NCBI GenBank assembly: GCA_905178155.1
Contig: CAJINV010000002.1
Span: 146,354-210,353, forward strand
DNA: 64,000 nt
From: Amoebophrya sp. A120
Taxonomy: Eukaryota > Protista > Dinoflagellata
Direction: 5' to 3'
Part shown: one piece after another, positions 46,251 through 58,975 of the stretch
Position numbering within the stretch: the stretch's first letter is position 1
How the letters are laid out: the number at the start of each line of letters is the position of its first letter
Position numbers and translations under genes: made by a program
The notes under the pieces: model-generated
What the model saw: the letters and a program-made list of their open reading frames with translations, nothing else
Databases searched by the model: none
Told to the model about the DNA's origin: nothing

Positions 46251-49200
46251 TCACATTCTTTCGTGACGCTGCATAGCAATCCGGCCGGTTGTTCCCACCC
46301 TGGCGAAATCCTCTGAAGCCGTCGTGGTCCCTAGTACCCTGTTTAATACCGGCCCTCTCTGCGTAGGTCTCGTCTCCGCCGGCGGAAAATGAAGATGTTG
46401 CATCATGTCAGACGGCCTGCTACTTCGGCTGACAGGAACAACTTCACCCTCTACGGCTTCGGGGTAATACAGCAATTGGTTCGTCTGTTCCCTCAAGTCT
46501 TGGTTTTTTGTTTTTCCCTCGTCTTCCGTTCGTTCTCCGACTTCCTCCTGCGCATCGACGGACCGACTGTAGTCTTTACGTTTACCCCCATTTATCTCAT
46601 CACCGTCACCCTGCTCCGGCCTTACAAACTCCCCGTTTTCGTCAAACAAACCGCCGTTTGTGTTCTTCGAACTCGTTGGTTTGGAGGACGAAATAAAGGC
46701 GGTCTTTAACACTGGCTGTGCCTGTTGCTGTTGACCACCTGCAGCTCGTACGACCGTGTGGTCTCGTACAACTCCCGCTCCAGGTCCAGCAACTGGCAAA
46801 ATATGTTGTGGCGCCACCAGATCACTCTTGTCGCGCTCGGATCTTTCTCTTCCGTCGTTCTCTGCGGCTGCTCTGGTGTTGAACGGGTTTTTATCGTGCG
46901 AAACTGCGGCTGGTGCGAAATCATAACTTGTGCCTTGTTTACTGGTGCCGGTCGGGAGGTGAAGATGTTGAGACGATGGCAGCATGTCGCTACTTGACCC
47001 GCTCGCGGCCACCGTCAGCTGCTTCTGCACCACGACCCTGCTCCCCGCACCCGCTCCCCCGCCGCCAGAACCCCCGTAAAACGCTTGCTGCTTGTTCTCC
47101 GCCATCACCTTTGTTAGTAACCCTTCCCGTTTGTCCACCCGGTTTTATGCAGATTGCAAATCCATATCGCACTAGCATGAATGATCGCATGACAAATTTC
47201 ATCCTCAGCCTGAAAGGCGCAATTTGTAATGCGCTTAAGAATAAGGATTTGCAAAAATGCATGCCTGCGAGTTGATCTTGATGTACTACGAGTACGATAC
47301 TTTTGCTTTTGCAATGCATAGGTTTTGCCACTCGACGATTTCTTCCTCCGCTAAGGTTAGCTTCTTCTCGTAGGTGATAATTTGCTTCCTATGGATTGTA
47401 ATAATGTCTGGGTCTGGAAACTTGTGATGCTGGTTGACGTATCATAAAGAGGCCACAAGTGCTGGCTCAGCATGACAAGCTTCTGAGCTTCTAGGTTTTG
47501 CCTTTTCTGCATGACAGACTGCGTTTCTGCATGACAGCAAAGTGGGGCCCTTGGGTAACATGCATGACAGATTTTAGAGTCATGCCAGACAAGCATGACA
47601 AACATGCAATCTTCCAGACCCAGACATATTTGCAGTTGATACTTCCTTAATCTCTCCATTTCGTCCGCCACCTTCTCCGCCGAGTTTACGTCGAGTTGCT
47701 TTTCCAAGAACTGGTTTTTTATGCATTGCAAAAGCATCGTACTAGTATAAACCGCATGACAAATTGACTTAGCATTACAAATGAAATTTGTAATGCGGAT
47801 TTGCCTCAAGAAAAAGATTTGTCATGCACATCTGCGAAGATTAATACGAGTACGATATTTTTGCACGGGATATTTTTCTTCACGAGTTGATTCACTTTCT
47901 TGATCCAGAATTCCTTGATTTGACTGTCTAGCTTCTCGATTTTCTCGTTCTTCTTCGACAGAATTACTTCATCGAACTCTAGGGTAAGCAAATCCGTCCG
48001 GAACGCCGTCGTGACCTCGACCGCCTGCTTCATCAACAGGCCCAGAGTTTGCTTTTGGATAACAACCGTCGTGGTTTGTTTTGACGAGGATAGGTGCGCA
48101 CCCCCAGGCCCTGCTCGGGTAGTTGATTTGGAGGGAGATCTTGACGAAGGTGAAGAATCTCTCGGCAAATTTTCGTTCTCGAAAAAGAAGCACAGCTCCT
48201 CCGCATCGGCAATCTCTTCCGCTAAAATCGGTAGTTCCTCCCCTTTCATTTCCTTCGTTAACCCCATCTGCTTTCCGTCGATGAAGGAGTCTACTAGTTG
48301 TAAAGCCGCGGTCCCCGCGGACTGCATCCCGGAGAACGAGACATCTATCCCCTCCAGTGGCTCATCATCAAACCCGGAGAAAATGCTGCGTTTGGATTCC
48401 TGGTAAAACAGCAGCGGGTTCCCGGAGTTCTGGTTGGTCTGGCTCCTCACCCCTATGAAATGCAAAAATGTCTGGGTCTGGAAATTTGTAATGCTGGGTG
48501 GCGTCTCATAATGAGGCTACAAATGCTGGCTCAGCATGACAAGTTTCTGAGCTTCTAGGTGTTGCCTATTCTGCATGACAAACTGCGCTTCTGCATCACA
48601 GAAAAGCGGAGCTCTTGGGCAACGTGCATGACAGATTTAAGAGTCATGCCAGATAAGCATGACAAACATGAATTCTTCCAGACGCAGACCCAGACATATT
48701 TGCATTTGATAACCCCGTCCATGTTGTTATTCTCCGTGCTGTTCAATGTGGTTTCAATGTTAGAGTCTAACAGTTGTTCGTTTTTCATCTCGTCTCGTGG
48801 AGACCGCGACGGCGCTATCCCAGTATGTATGCATTGCAAAACTATCGTACTCGTAGTATTGCAATACAAATTTAGCTCAGCATGACAACTGGAATTTCTC
48901 ATGCTGATTTAGCTTAAGAAAAAAATTTGTCTTGCATGACTGCAATTAGTACGAGTACGATACTTTTACACAGGATAGTATGCTCCTTCCTCTGATACAT
49001 CGTCGACATCTGATATTGAGAGGAAAACTCCCCCCTCCCCATATCGAAAAGGTATGTTTCCGCAAATTTGTCTTGCTGATTTGAGACCACAAATCACGTC
49101 TGTCTTGCAAGAAGACAACTCCACAGGCCCTGCCGCATTATGCAGGCAGTTTGTGATGCTGTAGGGCCTACAGGTACAGCGTAGACGCTTCTCATGCTAA

Positions 49201-52200
49201 GCGCCTAGGCCAAAACCTTTCTACTCAGGCTTGGCAGGAGCCTGCAGTCCTCTACTGCAAGACAAACCTGATTTGTATACGCAAATCCAGCATCAGAAAC
49301 TTCCGTTTGATATGGGGAGGGGGGATTTTTCCTTGTGATATCTGATGTAAATTCCGCATTTTACTGTTCGTCACGACCTGCTGTTGCAGCAACAGCAAAC
49401 CCCGCATCGGTGGCACGCCCGGCGTTTTCGATTCATCAAACACCGCTTCCGACCGGATCTTCTTTGTCGCATACAAGGCTCTCTTCTGCAACTTCTGCAG
49501 CAACAGCTTCGCGAGTTCCAGAAACGCGGGAGAGCTTGTATGGGATTCTCAAGCGTTACACTCTCAGCTGTTACATGATTTGTCATGCAAAAGCACAATC
49601 AGAATTGACACGATCAAGCTGCTTCGCATGGCAAATTTTCGAAGCCGCGCCAAACAGGCTGACTATCCGTGCCATCAAACCTGTAATGCAAAAGGCGCAA
49701 TCATCTTTATTTTCCCTTTCAGATTCAGTTTTGCTATTCTTGCATTACAAGTTCACGCACGACTACTAGTTGAGAATGTAACATTTGAGAACGCCATAGC
49801 TTGTGTGGGACCCGTGCTCGGAGATGGTCTGGACTGGGTCCTTATCCTGTGCAAAAGCATGATGCTTTTGCATGATTGTAATACGAGTGCGATGCTTTAA
49901 GCATCGCACTCGTATTACAATCATGCATTACAAATCTTTTTCTTCACCCCAATCAGCATCACAAATTTTATTTCTCATGCTGAGGAAATTTGTAATGCAT
50001 TTATACAAGTATCGGATACTTTTGCAGCTCATAGTCCTTGGTAAATTCCTTCTCGACGTTCGATAGGTAATTTCTGTCTTGCTTTTTCCGGCTCTTCTCC
50101 CTCTGTTTTTGTTTTTCATACTCCAAGACCTCCTTCCCTCTCGTCCTTTGCTGCTCCTTCTCGTGCGCGATAGACAGCATGGCTGCGGCTTTCCCCATCT
50201 GCTCCTTCATCGAGGAATCTGTCATCAAAGCCTGCCATTGGGAGACGATGTCGTAGTAGCCCTCGACCTGTTCCACCTCGGAAAGTTCTTCGCATATCCT
50301 GAGTAAAAACGTCCCCACACCAGAGTTCAGTTGTCGTGCAAATGCGCAATGACAGGAACATTCGTAATGCGCAGCTCCATCATGAGAGGCATTTCCAATC
50401 GTGTTTTGGAATCTGTAATGCTGTAAACAGGATGCGAAAGTGGCTTTCTCATGCGGCTTCTCTTGCCAATCAGCACTACCCTGCAGAGGGAAACTTGTCA
50501 TGCACAGCTCCCAAAACTTGGAGACTTGTGTTGCTAGATTCCCAACTTGACTGTGGGGTGGGGACGTTTTTACAAATGATATCACACAGCCTGTTCCGCA
50601 TGTCGTCGATCTGTTCAAACAAGTTCTCGAGCTTCACTTTCGCGGTCTCGTAGAGCAGCGTTTTTTTCGTGGCGGTGTCAAGTTTCGGCTGGTTTTTATT
50701 GTCTGCGTCTTTGTTCTGCTTGCTTGTTTTCCCTCTGGTGGCAGTCGTTCCTGGTCTACTCTTCATCGGGGATGAGGAAGTTGATTTTGGCGAACCGGGT
50801 CGAGAGGAAGACTTCGCTCCTTCTTTTCCTGTTTTTGGCGACCCGCTCGTCGGTGACTCATCCCCACCGGAACCAGACATTTCCGCTATCTCCTTCAACA
50901 TGTCCGGAGGAATCATTTCACTCGTTTGCTCCACGAAGTTGTCGTCCCCAGACAGTAAATACGGTAGGCAAAACGCGTCACTAGGTGCGGTACACGATTC
51001 CCAGTTTAGCAGCGGCTATGAATTGCAGAAGTATCCTCGTACTCGTATAAATGCATTACAAATTTCCTCAGCCTGAGAGATAAAATTTGTAATGCTGATT
51101 TGCCTTCAGAGACAGATTTGTGATGCATGATCGCAATACGAGTACGATACTTTTGCACAGGATAGCGGCTTCGCGTTCACAATCTCGCCCGACTCATCCA
51201 CCCGTGTTTCCGTAACCATGCGGTTTTTCACGACGCAGTTCCGCACCACATCGATGTTCGCGTGGTGTCGTATTTAAAAACGCCCCCGCCCCACAGTTGT
51301 AATGCAAATCTGCATGCTGAAAATGCTTCTCATGCGGAGCAGCCCCATGACAGGCAGCATCTCGCCACGTTTTGGAATTTGTCATGCTCCAATCAGCATG
51401 ATGCACTAGATCTGTGATGCTGCTGAACTACCTCAAACAGTACGACGCTACGAGTTCAATTTTGTCATGCAAAACAGCCAAAACTTGTGGACTTGTCTAG
51501 CCGATTCCCCATCTTGACTCTGGGGTGGGGTCGTCTTTACGTAGGATACGTGCGCCAAAATCGTGATGTTTTCCTTAATCGAAATTTCGTTATCAAATGC
51601 AAATATGTCTGGGTCTGGAAGGTTGGAACTTGTCATGCTGTTTTTGTACTCTAAAAAAATTTGTATTGCATGACCAGCAATAAAAGGGGCACAATTTGTG
51701 CTACACGGACAGGGCATTTCTCATGCGGAAGGTGCATCAGGAAGCCCTCTAAGAGTCTGCGATGCTAGGTCATGCATTACAGACATCATCCATTTCCATG
51801 GGTCATGAGAAATATGCATGACAAATCTTGCACTTTTCCAGACCCAGACATTTTTGCATTTGATATTCGTACAAATTCTCCAACTCTTTTCTCAACCACG
51901 GTTTGATACACCCATCGAACAAATGAGTCAAAATTTGCCGGACGAAGTTGGTTGAAACTTGGACATGGAATCTCGTTTTCAGCAACTCTTCGCCCGTTTT
52001 TAGCAGTATCACGTTGTTGGTCCGATGAGGTTATGCATTGCAAATATCCCTGGATGTCTTGAAGAATGAAAGATTTGCCATGCAGGTTTTCCATGACCAC
52101 CCTTGACCTCTGGAATGCAGCACCTAGCATGACAGATGCTGTGAGATTTCTACCATGCCTATCCTGCATGAGACACTCCATGCCAACCTGGTCAGAAGTG

Positions 52201-55200
52201 GACATCGTTTGGTACTCATGCAACACAGATTTTGGCATGATACAGACTGAGCATGACAAGTTGCAACATCCTTCGTCCAGACCCAGATATATTTGCACGG
52301 CATAGGAGCTTCAACAGCGAGTCGTACTCCTTCGCCTTCCTCGCTTTGTCCTCGATGAGAGTTTCGAGCTGCAGCATTTTCCGGATCCCTTTTTCCATTT
52401 TCTCCGTGAAAATCTTCTCGGCGTTTTTCACATCCACTCATCCTCAGGAAAAACGTCACCACCCCAGAGGTGTCATGCCAATATGCATGCTTCAAATGTT
52501 TTTCATGCGGAGCCCCATGAGAAGCATTTTCTAGTGGTGTTTTGGAATTTGTGATGCACGAATCAGCATGATAGGGTAGATCTGTGATGCTGCTTCACTA
52601 GCTAAACAGGATTACAGTAGAAGGCCAAACTTGTCATGCGAAACAGCCACAGCTGGTTGATTTGTGTAGCAGATTCCCCATGGTGACTCTGGGGTGGGGA
52701 TGTTTTTACACAGGATACCACTTTCATCTGGTTCAGTTCCTGTTTCAACAATTGGCACTGCTCTGTGGTAAAAGCCAGCATCGCTTCCCGCTTTTTCCTG
52801 CTGAAGACGCCGGTTTGAAAATCAACTCTTTCCTCCAATTTCACCACGTGCTGCTTGTGCTGATCGAGCAAAAAAGTCGCACGGTCTAGGCTGTGTTGCA
52901 AGTTGTAATGGTCCTCTTCTTTCTTCATCAACTGCTGCCGCAACTCATCCTGTGCAAACGTATCGCACTCGTAGTAATTATCGCAGTCATGCATTACAAA
53001 TCTCCATCCCAAGGCGAAACAGCATGACAAATTCCATTTGTCATGCTGAGCTAATTTGTAATTTGTATTGCAATTACTACTAGTACGATAGATATTTTTG
53101 CAGTGCATACAACTCGTGGTTTTCCAACCGGATGTCGTCCGCTATATTCCCCGATTCCCGTTTTGACTTCTCGTTGATCAATTTCGAATGTGAATTGCAA
53201 AAGTATCGTACCCATAGTGATTGCAGTCATGCACTACAAATCTCTCTCTTAAGGTAAAGCCGCATTACAGATTTTATTTCTCATGCGGAGAAAATTTGTA
53301 TTGCAATTACTACTAGTACGTTACTTTTGCAGTGCATATCGAATGCGTCAAAACCTTCTCGTAATTCAGCTTCTGCGCATCCAGCATCGTGTCTGCTTCG
53401 TAGCTATCAAATGCAAATATGTCTGGGTTTGGAAAGGTTGAACCTGTATTGCGTGTCTTGCATTCGTGAAAAATCTGTGTTGCGCATAAGCAGCAAAAGT
53501 GCCACTCTATCGTGATGAAACATCGCAGTTTGTAATGCGCACTACGCATTAGAAAGCGTTCGAGAGATTTGTCATGCGTCGCTGCACTTAAAAGCGCACT
53601 CAATCATGACCATTCAGCATCACAGGGTTCCAGACCCAGACATATTTGCAATGCATAGTAGCGGTGCTTGTTCTCGATCTGCTCGACTTTTCGCGTGTGC
53701 TCCTTCCGCTCGTCGTTGATGATGGTCCGGAGTTTTTCCAGCAGTAAGTAGGATTCTTTCAGCCGCTTGAAAACGGAGTCGTTCTCGCTTTCTAAGCGCT
53801 TATTTTCTTCAAACAGCTCCTGTTTCTTCTGGTCGGAGTGCTGTAGTTTCTGCCGAAACAAGTCCGCTTCCTCTTCTTTCTCGTTGACTTTTTTCACGAG
53901 TTTGTTCCGCTCCTCCGCGTTTTTGAAGGAGAGAAACTGCATCTGTTGCTGTAAGTCCGCTTCGTTGGACCTCGCCTGCTCCAAAAGTTTTACCTCCTGG
54001 TTTTGCTGGTCCTGAAAAATTATGAACTGCAAAAGTATCGTACTAGTATAGATGGCATGACAAATTTCCTCAGCATGACAAATGCAATTTGTCATGCTGA
54101 TTTGCCTTGGGGACGATATTTGTAATGCAAGCATGACTGCAATTACTACAAGTACGATACTTATACTTTTGCACAGGATAAAAATCTGTTTCTTCAAGTC
54201 GTTAATTTCGTCTTTCTGCTCCTGTTTCCGTTTTTCCTCTTTATGCATTGCAAAAGTATCGCACTAGAACTACTAGATGAAATCGCATGACAGACCTTAG
54301 CACTACAAATGAAATTTATTATGCAGATTTACCCTTACGAAACAAGATTTGCAATGCATGATTGCAGTATAGTACGAGTACGATACTTTTGCAAAAATGC
54401 GTACTCTTCTTCCTTCCCTAACTCCTTCTGCTCCAAAACTTGACGGTACTTGGTGCGCAGCTTGTGACACTGATAAAGGATTCTGATTCAGTTTCGTCAA
54501 TGCAGAAAAACCTATCACAAAAGGACTTTGTCATGCATAAAATCACATCACGAAAGAAAAGGCTAAACCACGGCACCGCGATATTAAACCGAATAAAGCT
54601 GCAAAAACTATACCTTCGCCTTGTAATTTCCCACGTCGTTCTCGTACCGCTCTGACAGGGCATCAATCTTCTCCCCCAGCACCGCGTACTGCCGTCTCAT
54701 CGTCTGTCGTTCCTGTTCACTCTCTTGCAGCGCGTTTCGGAGCATCGCAATTTCCCTTGCATGATTGGTATGATTCATGCTGTTGATGTTCCTGGTCGAG
54801 GAGCTTGCTGTTGATGTGTGGGGGTTATTTCTGTTATTCCGGCTTCCTCGGTGTAAACGGAGAAGCTCGGCCGCGGTATTAGGCGAGGTTGACCCACCAC
54901 CGACAGGGTAGTTTTTGCCGTTCTGATATGATCCTGCATTTGTTCTGCTCCCAACAGCCCCACCAGTACTCGCATCCAGCATTCCAAATTTCGTTCGCAA
55001 CCGGTCCAAATTCGTCGTATCGAGGGAAGGCGCAGTAGTACTTGTGGCGAACAACAAATTTTGGCCAGTTCCTTCTCGAGCTCCGCTCCTGTTCTGCATG
55101 ACAGATTTGGAGCTGGTGTGATCCGGTTTGTGTTTACTCTGTCTTGCTGAGGAGGAGGAAGAAGAAGCGGAAGTTCCGACCACCAGTGTCGGAATCACGG

Positions 55201-55714
55201 TGGTCGGAGGCTGTGCTGCGCCGATACTGGATCCTGGGAGTGGTTGATGTATTTCATCGTCATCTTCTCCCACTGGTAGTACACCTGCAGATGAAGAAGA
55301 TGATGATGGTGCTATAATGCCGGCACCCGTGACCGGCACCACAGGTTGCCCGATTACTACGTCCGCTTCGTCCAGCTCTATGCCGCGGCGACCAGGTTCT
55401 TGCGTCATAATTTTTACACCTCCAGCTCTAGCACTCCTCCCGCTGCTGTTGTAGTCCGTCGTCTGCGCCAGCACTGGTATAAGACCAGGGGCGGTGGGCG
55501 GGGAAATCGCCTGCTCTGTTTCTGGAACTGGTCCCCGTCCCGTAGCTCCCACAGCTGCAGGCTGGCCTTGTTCACCTGCTCTGCTGGAGTCCCGTTTGCT
55601 AGCGGAATGATCTGCAACAGAAGCTTGGATGGCTGCAGATTCGGCTGCAGTTTCAGCGTCTCCGCCGACAACATCGCCTGTGCTGACGAAGCCGCTTTTG
55701 ATGTCCGATTCCAT
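46251..55714 (-). CDS. Large coiled-coil protein (~1,674 aa) with low-complexity termini; 19 introners plus one GT-AG intron
   Basis: All junctions translate stop-free; spliced length 5,025 nt = 1,675 codons; E/K/Q/L-rich heptad-like central region; ATG 55714 is preceded by an in-frame stop. Confidence 0.85.
47146..47320. mobile_element. Introner family A
   Basis: DR GGTTT/GGTTT; frame restored. Confidence 0.88.
47390..47641. mobile_element. Introner family B
   Basis: DR CTTCC/CTTCC; frame restored. Confidence 0.9.
47720..47872. mobile_element. Introner family A
   Basis: DR TTTTT/TTTTT; frame restored. Confidence 0.9.
48454..48711. mobile_element. Introner family B
   Basis: DR ACCCC/ACCCC; frame restored. 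Confidence 0.9.
48828..48977. mobile_element. Introner family A
   Basis: DR GTATG/GTATG; frame restored. Confidence 0.9.
49014..49340. mobile_element. Introner family E
   Basis: DR TCTGA/TCTGA; frame restored. Confidence 0.9.
49539..49798. mobile_element. Introner family D
   Basis: DR GCTTG/GCTTG; frame restored. Confidence 0.9.
49843..50033. mobile_element. Introner family A with internal inverted duplication
   Basis: DR GTCCT/GTCCT; extra palindrome TGCATGATTGTAATACGAGTGCGATGCTT-T-AAGCATCGCACTCGTATTACAATCATGCA; frame restored. Confidence 0.88.
50295..50581. mobile_element. Introner family C
   Basis: DR TCGCA/TCACA; frame restored. Confidence 0.9.
51017..51164. mobile_element. Introner family A
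   Basis: DR GCGGC/GCGGC; frame restored. Confidence 0.9.
51266..51548. mobile_element. Introner family C
   Basis: Left end TGT variant, DR CGTGG/CGTGC; frame restored. Confidence 0.85.
51591..51865. mobile_element. Introner family B
   Basis: DR TTCGT/TTCGT; frame restored. Confidence 0.9.
52032..52304. mobile_element. Introner family B
   Basis: Degenerate DR GAGGT/GGAGC; removal plus 5 bp restores the frame. Confidence 0.85.
52439..52717. mobile_element. Introner family C
   Basis: Left end CAT variant, DR CCACT/CCACT; frame restored. Confidence 0.88.
52946..53109. mobile_element. Introner family A
   Basis: Left end CAT variant, DR CAACT/CAACT; frame restored. Confidence 0.88.
53189..53338. 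mobile_element. Introner family A
   Basis: Left end TGT variant, DR TCGAA/TCGAA; frame restored. Confidence 0.88.
53405..53657. mobile_element. Introner family B
   Basis: DR GTAGC/GTAGC; frame restored. Confidence 0.9.
54021..54180. mobile_element. Introner family A
   Basis: DR AAAAT/AAAAT; in frame and stop-free if retained. Confidence 0.9.
54242..54403. mobile_element. Introner family A
   Basis: Right end GTA variant, DR CTCTT/CTCTT; frame restored. Confidence 0.88.
54470..54613 (-). other. Canonical GT-AG intron (144 nt)
   Basis: AAG^GTATAG ... TTTATCAG^TGT on the minus strand joins NYKAK to CHKLRTKYRQ in frame; no TIR or DR. Confidence 0.7.
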
Positions 55715-58700
55715 GCTGGCGGAAAGCCGTTTTAGCTTCCACCTTTGCGGCGGAGCAAACCCTGCTTATTTGCAAAGTGTCTGACTCTGATGTTGCATGG
55801 GCATGCGAATAAAAGATGTCAATGCAGGAGAGAGTGCTGCACTTGTTGACGTCACCACACGTGTACGAAAATTCGCTTGACAAAACATTGTCTTTATTAT
55901 TCCAAAAAAGCTCTGCTACTTGACTATCTCTCACACTCAAACACTCTGCATTCCTCTTCACTTTCATGAAACCATATATGTTTCTAATGTGTAGCACTGG
56001 TATGTGACTCCAACTCCATTTCTGAGCGCCACTCCCTCCCCGCTCTACCACTCGCTGTCGAAATCACAATCAGCCAGGAGTCAACACTGCCGTCAGGGAT
56101 CAAGGAAAAGCACTGATTTGCAGAGCCTCCAACGTGCGGAGGAAGAGTTTCCACCGCATGGTCACGCCATGGCAATAAGTACTTCTTTTAACAACTACAA
56201 ACGCCGGCCCCAACAGGCAGACAACACAGACACCGCCCGGGCGCTGTTGTGCCGCTTGATAACTAAGACTGGCAGCGGCACGACCGATGGGGACACGCGG
56301 CGCGCACACATGTAAGAATGCCGGCGCGCGCCAGTCAGCTGAGCTCGCTAGCCAAGCCTGTCTGGAGCGGCGGCTCGCTGTGGCCTGCGCGGAGCGTAAG
56401 TAAAGTTTTAGAGACGCGCCGGGCATGGGGGCGGCGAGCAGGCACTTTCAGGGCCCGGCCCGGCGGGGCCTGCGTCGGTGACGGCGAGCACCTTGCGGGG
56501 CGGGGCGCGCGCCTGGAAGGCCAGGAAGCGGCTGGCGCGACGGCTGCCCGGATGGGCGGCGCGCACAATAAAAGGCGCGGCCGCGTCGGGGCCCCCAGCG
56601 GGTGCCCCAGGGGGCAGAGCTCCTTCCCATACAGGGCGCCGGCTCCCGCGTTTTCGAGCATTTTAATGAAGTACTTTTGCGCGACATCTTCGCCGACGAA
56701 TCGCCGTCCGGCTCGGGCGTATTGACCTGCAGGCCCCAAAAGCAGCAGGCCGTCTCCGTGTGCTGCTGCGCTGCCGTTGTTCTGGACGCAACCTGGCGGA
56801 GTAGCGACCGGCGGCCATTTTGTCATTATCGCCGCCCGTCAGCTCCACCACTACGCCCCTGAGCGTCGCCACGACAACCCGGAACCTAGAGCTGCGCCCC
56901 GCCAAAAAGCATGCAGCCCAAGACGTCGCGAGGAAGCTGCGAACAAGAAAATGATGCACCCATCACACGCCATCAAGTTTCCCAATCGGTGTGCCTTTCT
57001 CTCCATGAACTTTTTGGTAGCTCCCTCACACAGTCAAATACTCTCCGGCGCTCGCCATCACCAGCCAGTTCCAGACATGGTTCTCCTGTCAGAGTGACTC
57101 TATTGAACACTCGTTCCTCGCCTTAAAATGAAAGTCCCCTCCTCGTCCTCCCTCTTTGTCATCACTACGCTCCCCTCCTAGGATCACAGAAAAGGCCAAC
57201 ATCAACAACCGTTCGAACAACCGTTCAATAAGTAGCTCTCCAACCTCCAAGCTGTGGCTGGCTGTGGGGTCAGAGAGGCAGTTCCACCGTCTGCTGTGTG
57301 ATCTCATGAAATGTTTGCTCGACAGCGCGCGTTCCCTCTCGCCGCGCATTTTTTTCGATGCGGTTTTCGTGGCGGGCGCGAGACGACCGCGTCACCAAGA
57401 CTAACGGCAACGCACCCGGCGCGCCACCGCGCGCAAACACGCAATAAACTGCGCGGCAAGAATTACTTACGCCGGGCGGCGACTTGCCCGCCGCCGCTCT
57501 TCAGTAGCGCTTCCAAAAGAAGCAAGACCTGCGCGCCAGGTCGTGGGGCCATACTGATTGCCACTGCCCGCGCGGCCCCGAATATGTGGGGCGCAACGCG
57601 TTCCAGGGCCCAGCTAGGGCATACCCGGCGGCGCGGGCGGCGGGGAGCGAACCCGAAAGGCCTGCAAAACATGGGCCGGGGAAAACAAAGCGCGACGACG
57701 GGACACGTGAACGGGCGACGAGTCTAGGTCCACCGGTGTTATTCTGTATAGGGTTCTGCTGAATGGTAAAAGCAGGGACGCGGCCGCGCGCGTCGGTCTG
57801 TAGCGGGCGGCGAGCGGCGTGATTTCCATGCTCTTGGTCTCTCTGAATCGGCATCAAACGCACGGCACTTGATGCGCGAGGCCGACCACATCCAGGGCAT
57901 TGATGTGCTACTGCTCGTATTGGCGCCACGCCTACGCCCGCCGCGCGCAAGTCGCTCGGCCGCGCCACAACACTGCCACCACAACACGAAGCGACGCGAT
58001 GCACCGCGCGCGCCTCTCACATCACCCTGCTCTGTCGCTGCGGAACAAGGGAGAAAGACATCACACGATAATTCTCCTCACATGTCTTCGCAGCAAAGAA
58101 ACACTCAACCCAAAACGCCCTCTGTGCTCCGCCATCTTGCGCATGTGGTTTCTCCTGTATAAAAGTTGCGCGACTCTATTAACAACTCCCTCTCCACCTC
58201 GTCATCGTCCCTCCGTGTCACCCTCCACGGCCCCGGAACAGGATCAAAGAAAGGAAAGCCATAACCACCAGCGGAACAGAAACAGACCTCAAGTAGATCT
58301 CAAGCTGCTCTAAGCTGCGAGGGTGCCACAGTCCCAGCTTCTGCTCTCTACTTGTCAAGTCAAATATCATTTCAACAACAAGTGTTCGTTTTTAGCAGAC
58401 ATTTCTAGTTCGTCTTGTCGTGAAACGCATTTTGGGATGAAAAGGTTATAGGTTTTTGTAGCGACATGCGAATGATGCGTTTGCGCCGTGGCCATGCGAG
58501 GACCTCGAAAAGTAGTTGTACTGGCGGCCGTGTCATTTACAACACCTGTGGATGGTGTTTTGTAAATCTTACAACCGTGTTTGCCGTCTTCATTCGTATA
58601 CACTACGCGTTTGCTGTTTATTTTCGGTCGTGTCGTAAAAAGTTGTAAGGGTGAAACGTTTCTCGGTCTTGTGCAAAAAAAGCCAATACCATTATTTAGG

Positions 58701-58921
58701 AATTTGGTACTCTTGCACGTTGCCCTAGGCTGCGGATTACATACACGACGGTAGTGGCTTATCTTGACAATTCGACTTGCCAGGAAACACGAATGTTGTG
58801 ACTGCCCGGCTCACCTTTCTTGTCAAGAAAGTGCCTCTTTGGAAAAGTGCAATTTCTGCAAAATTACGGATTCATCTGCCATTGTGCTGTACTGTCGTTG
58901 TTGATGGTTACTTCGGCAGAT

Positions 58922-58975
58922 AAGAAATCGCTGCTACGCTAGGTCGCAAGAAATCGCTGCTACGCTAGGTCGCAA
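58922..58975. repeat. 26-bp tandem duplication
   Basis: AAGAAATCGCTGCTACGCTAGGTCGC twice. Confidence 0.9.

Noticed and set aside
17571-51548. Idea that both direct-repeat copies are under coding constraint (mismatches synonymous)
   Set aside because: Only 8 of the 20 imperfect repeats in the two large genes differ purely synonymously; the rest change residues (D/H, R/P, M/T), so the signal is weak.
55653-56051. 132-aa ORF as an upstream exon of the coiled-coil gene
   Set aside because: It is in a different frame from ATG 55714, and no introner or clear splice site connects them.
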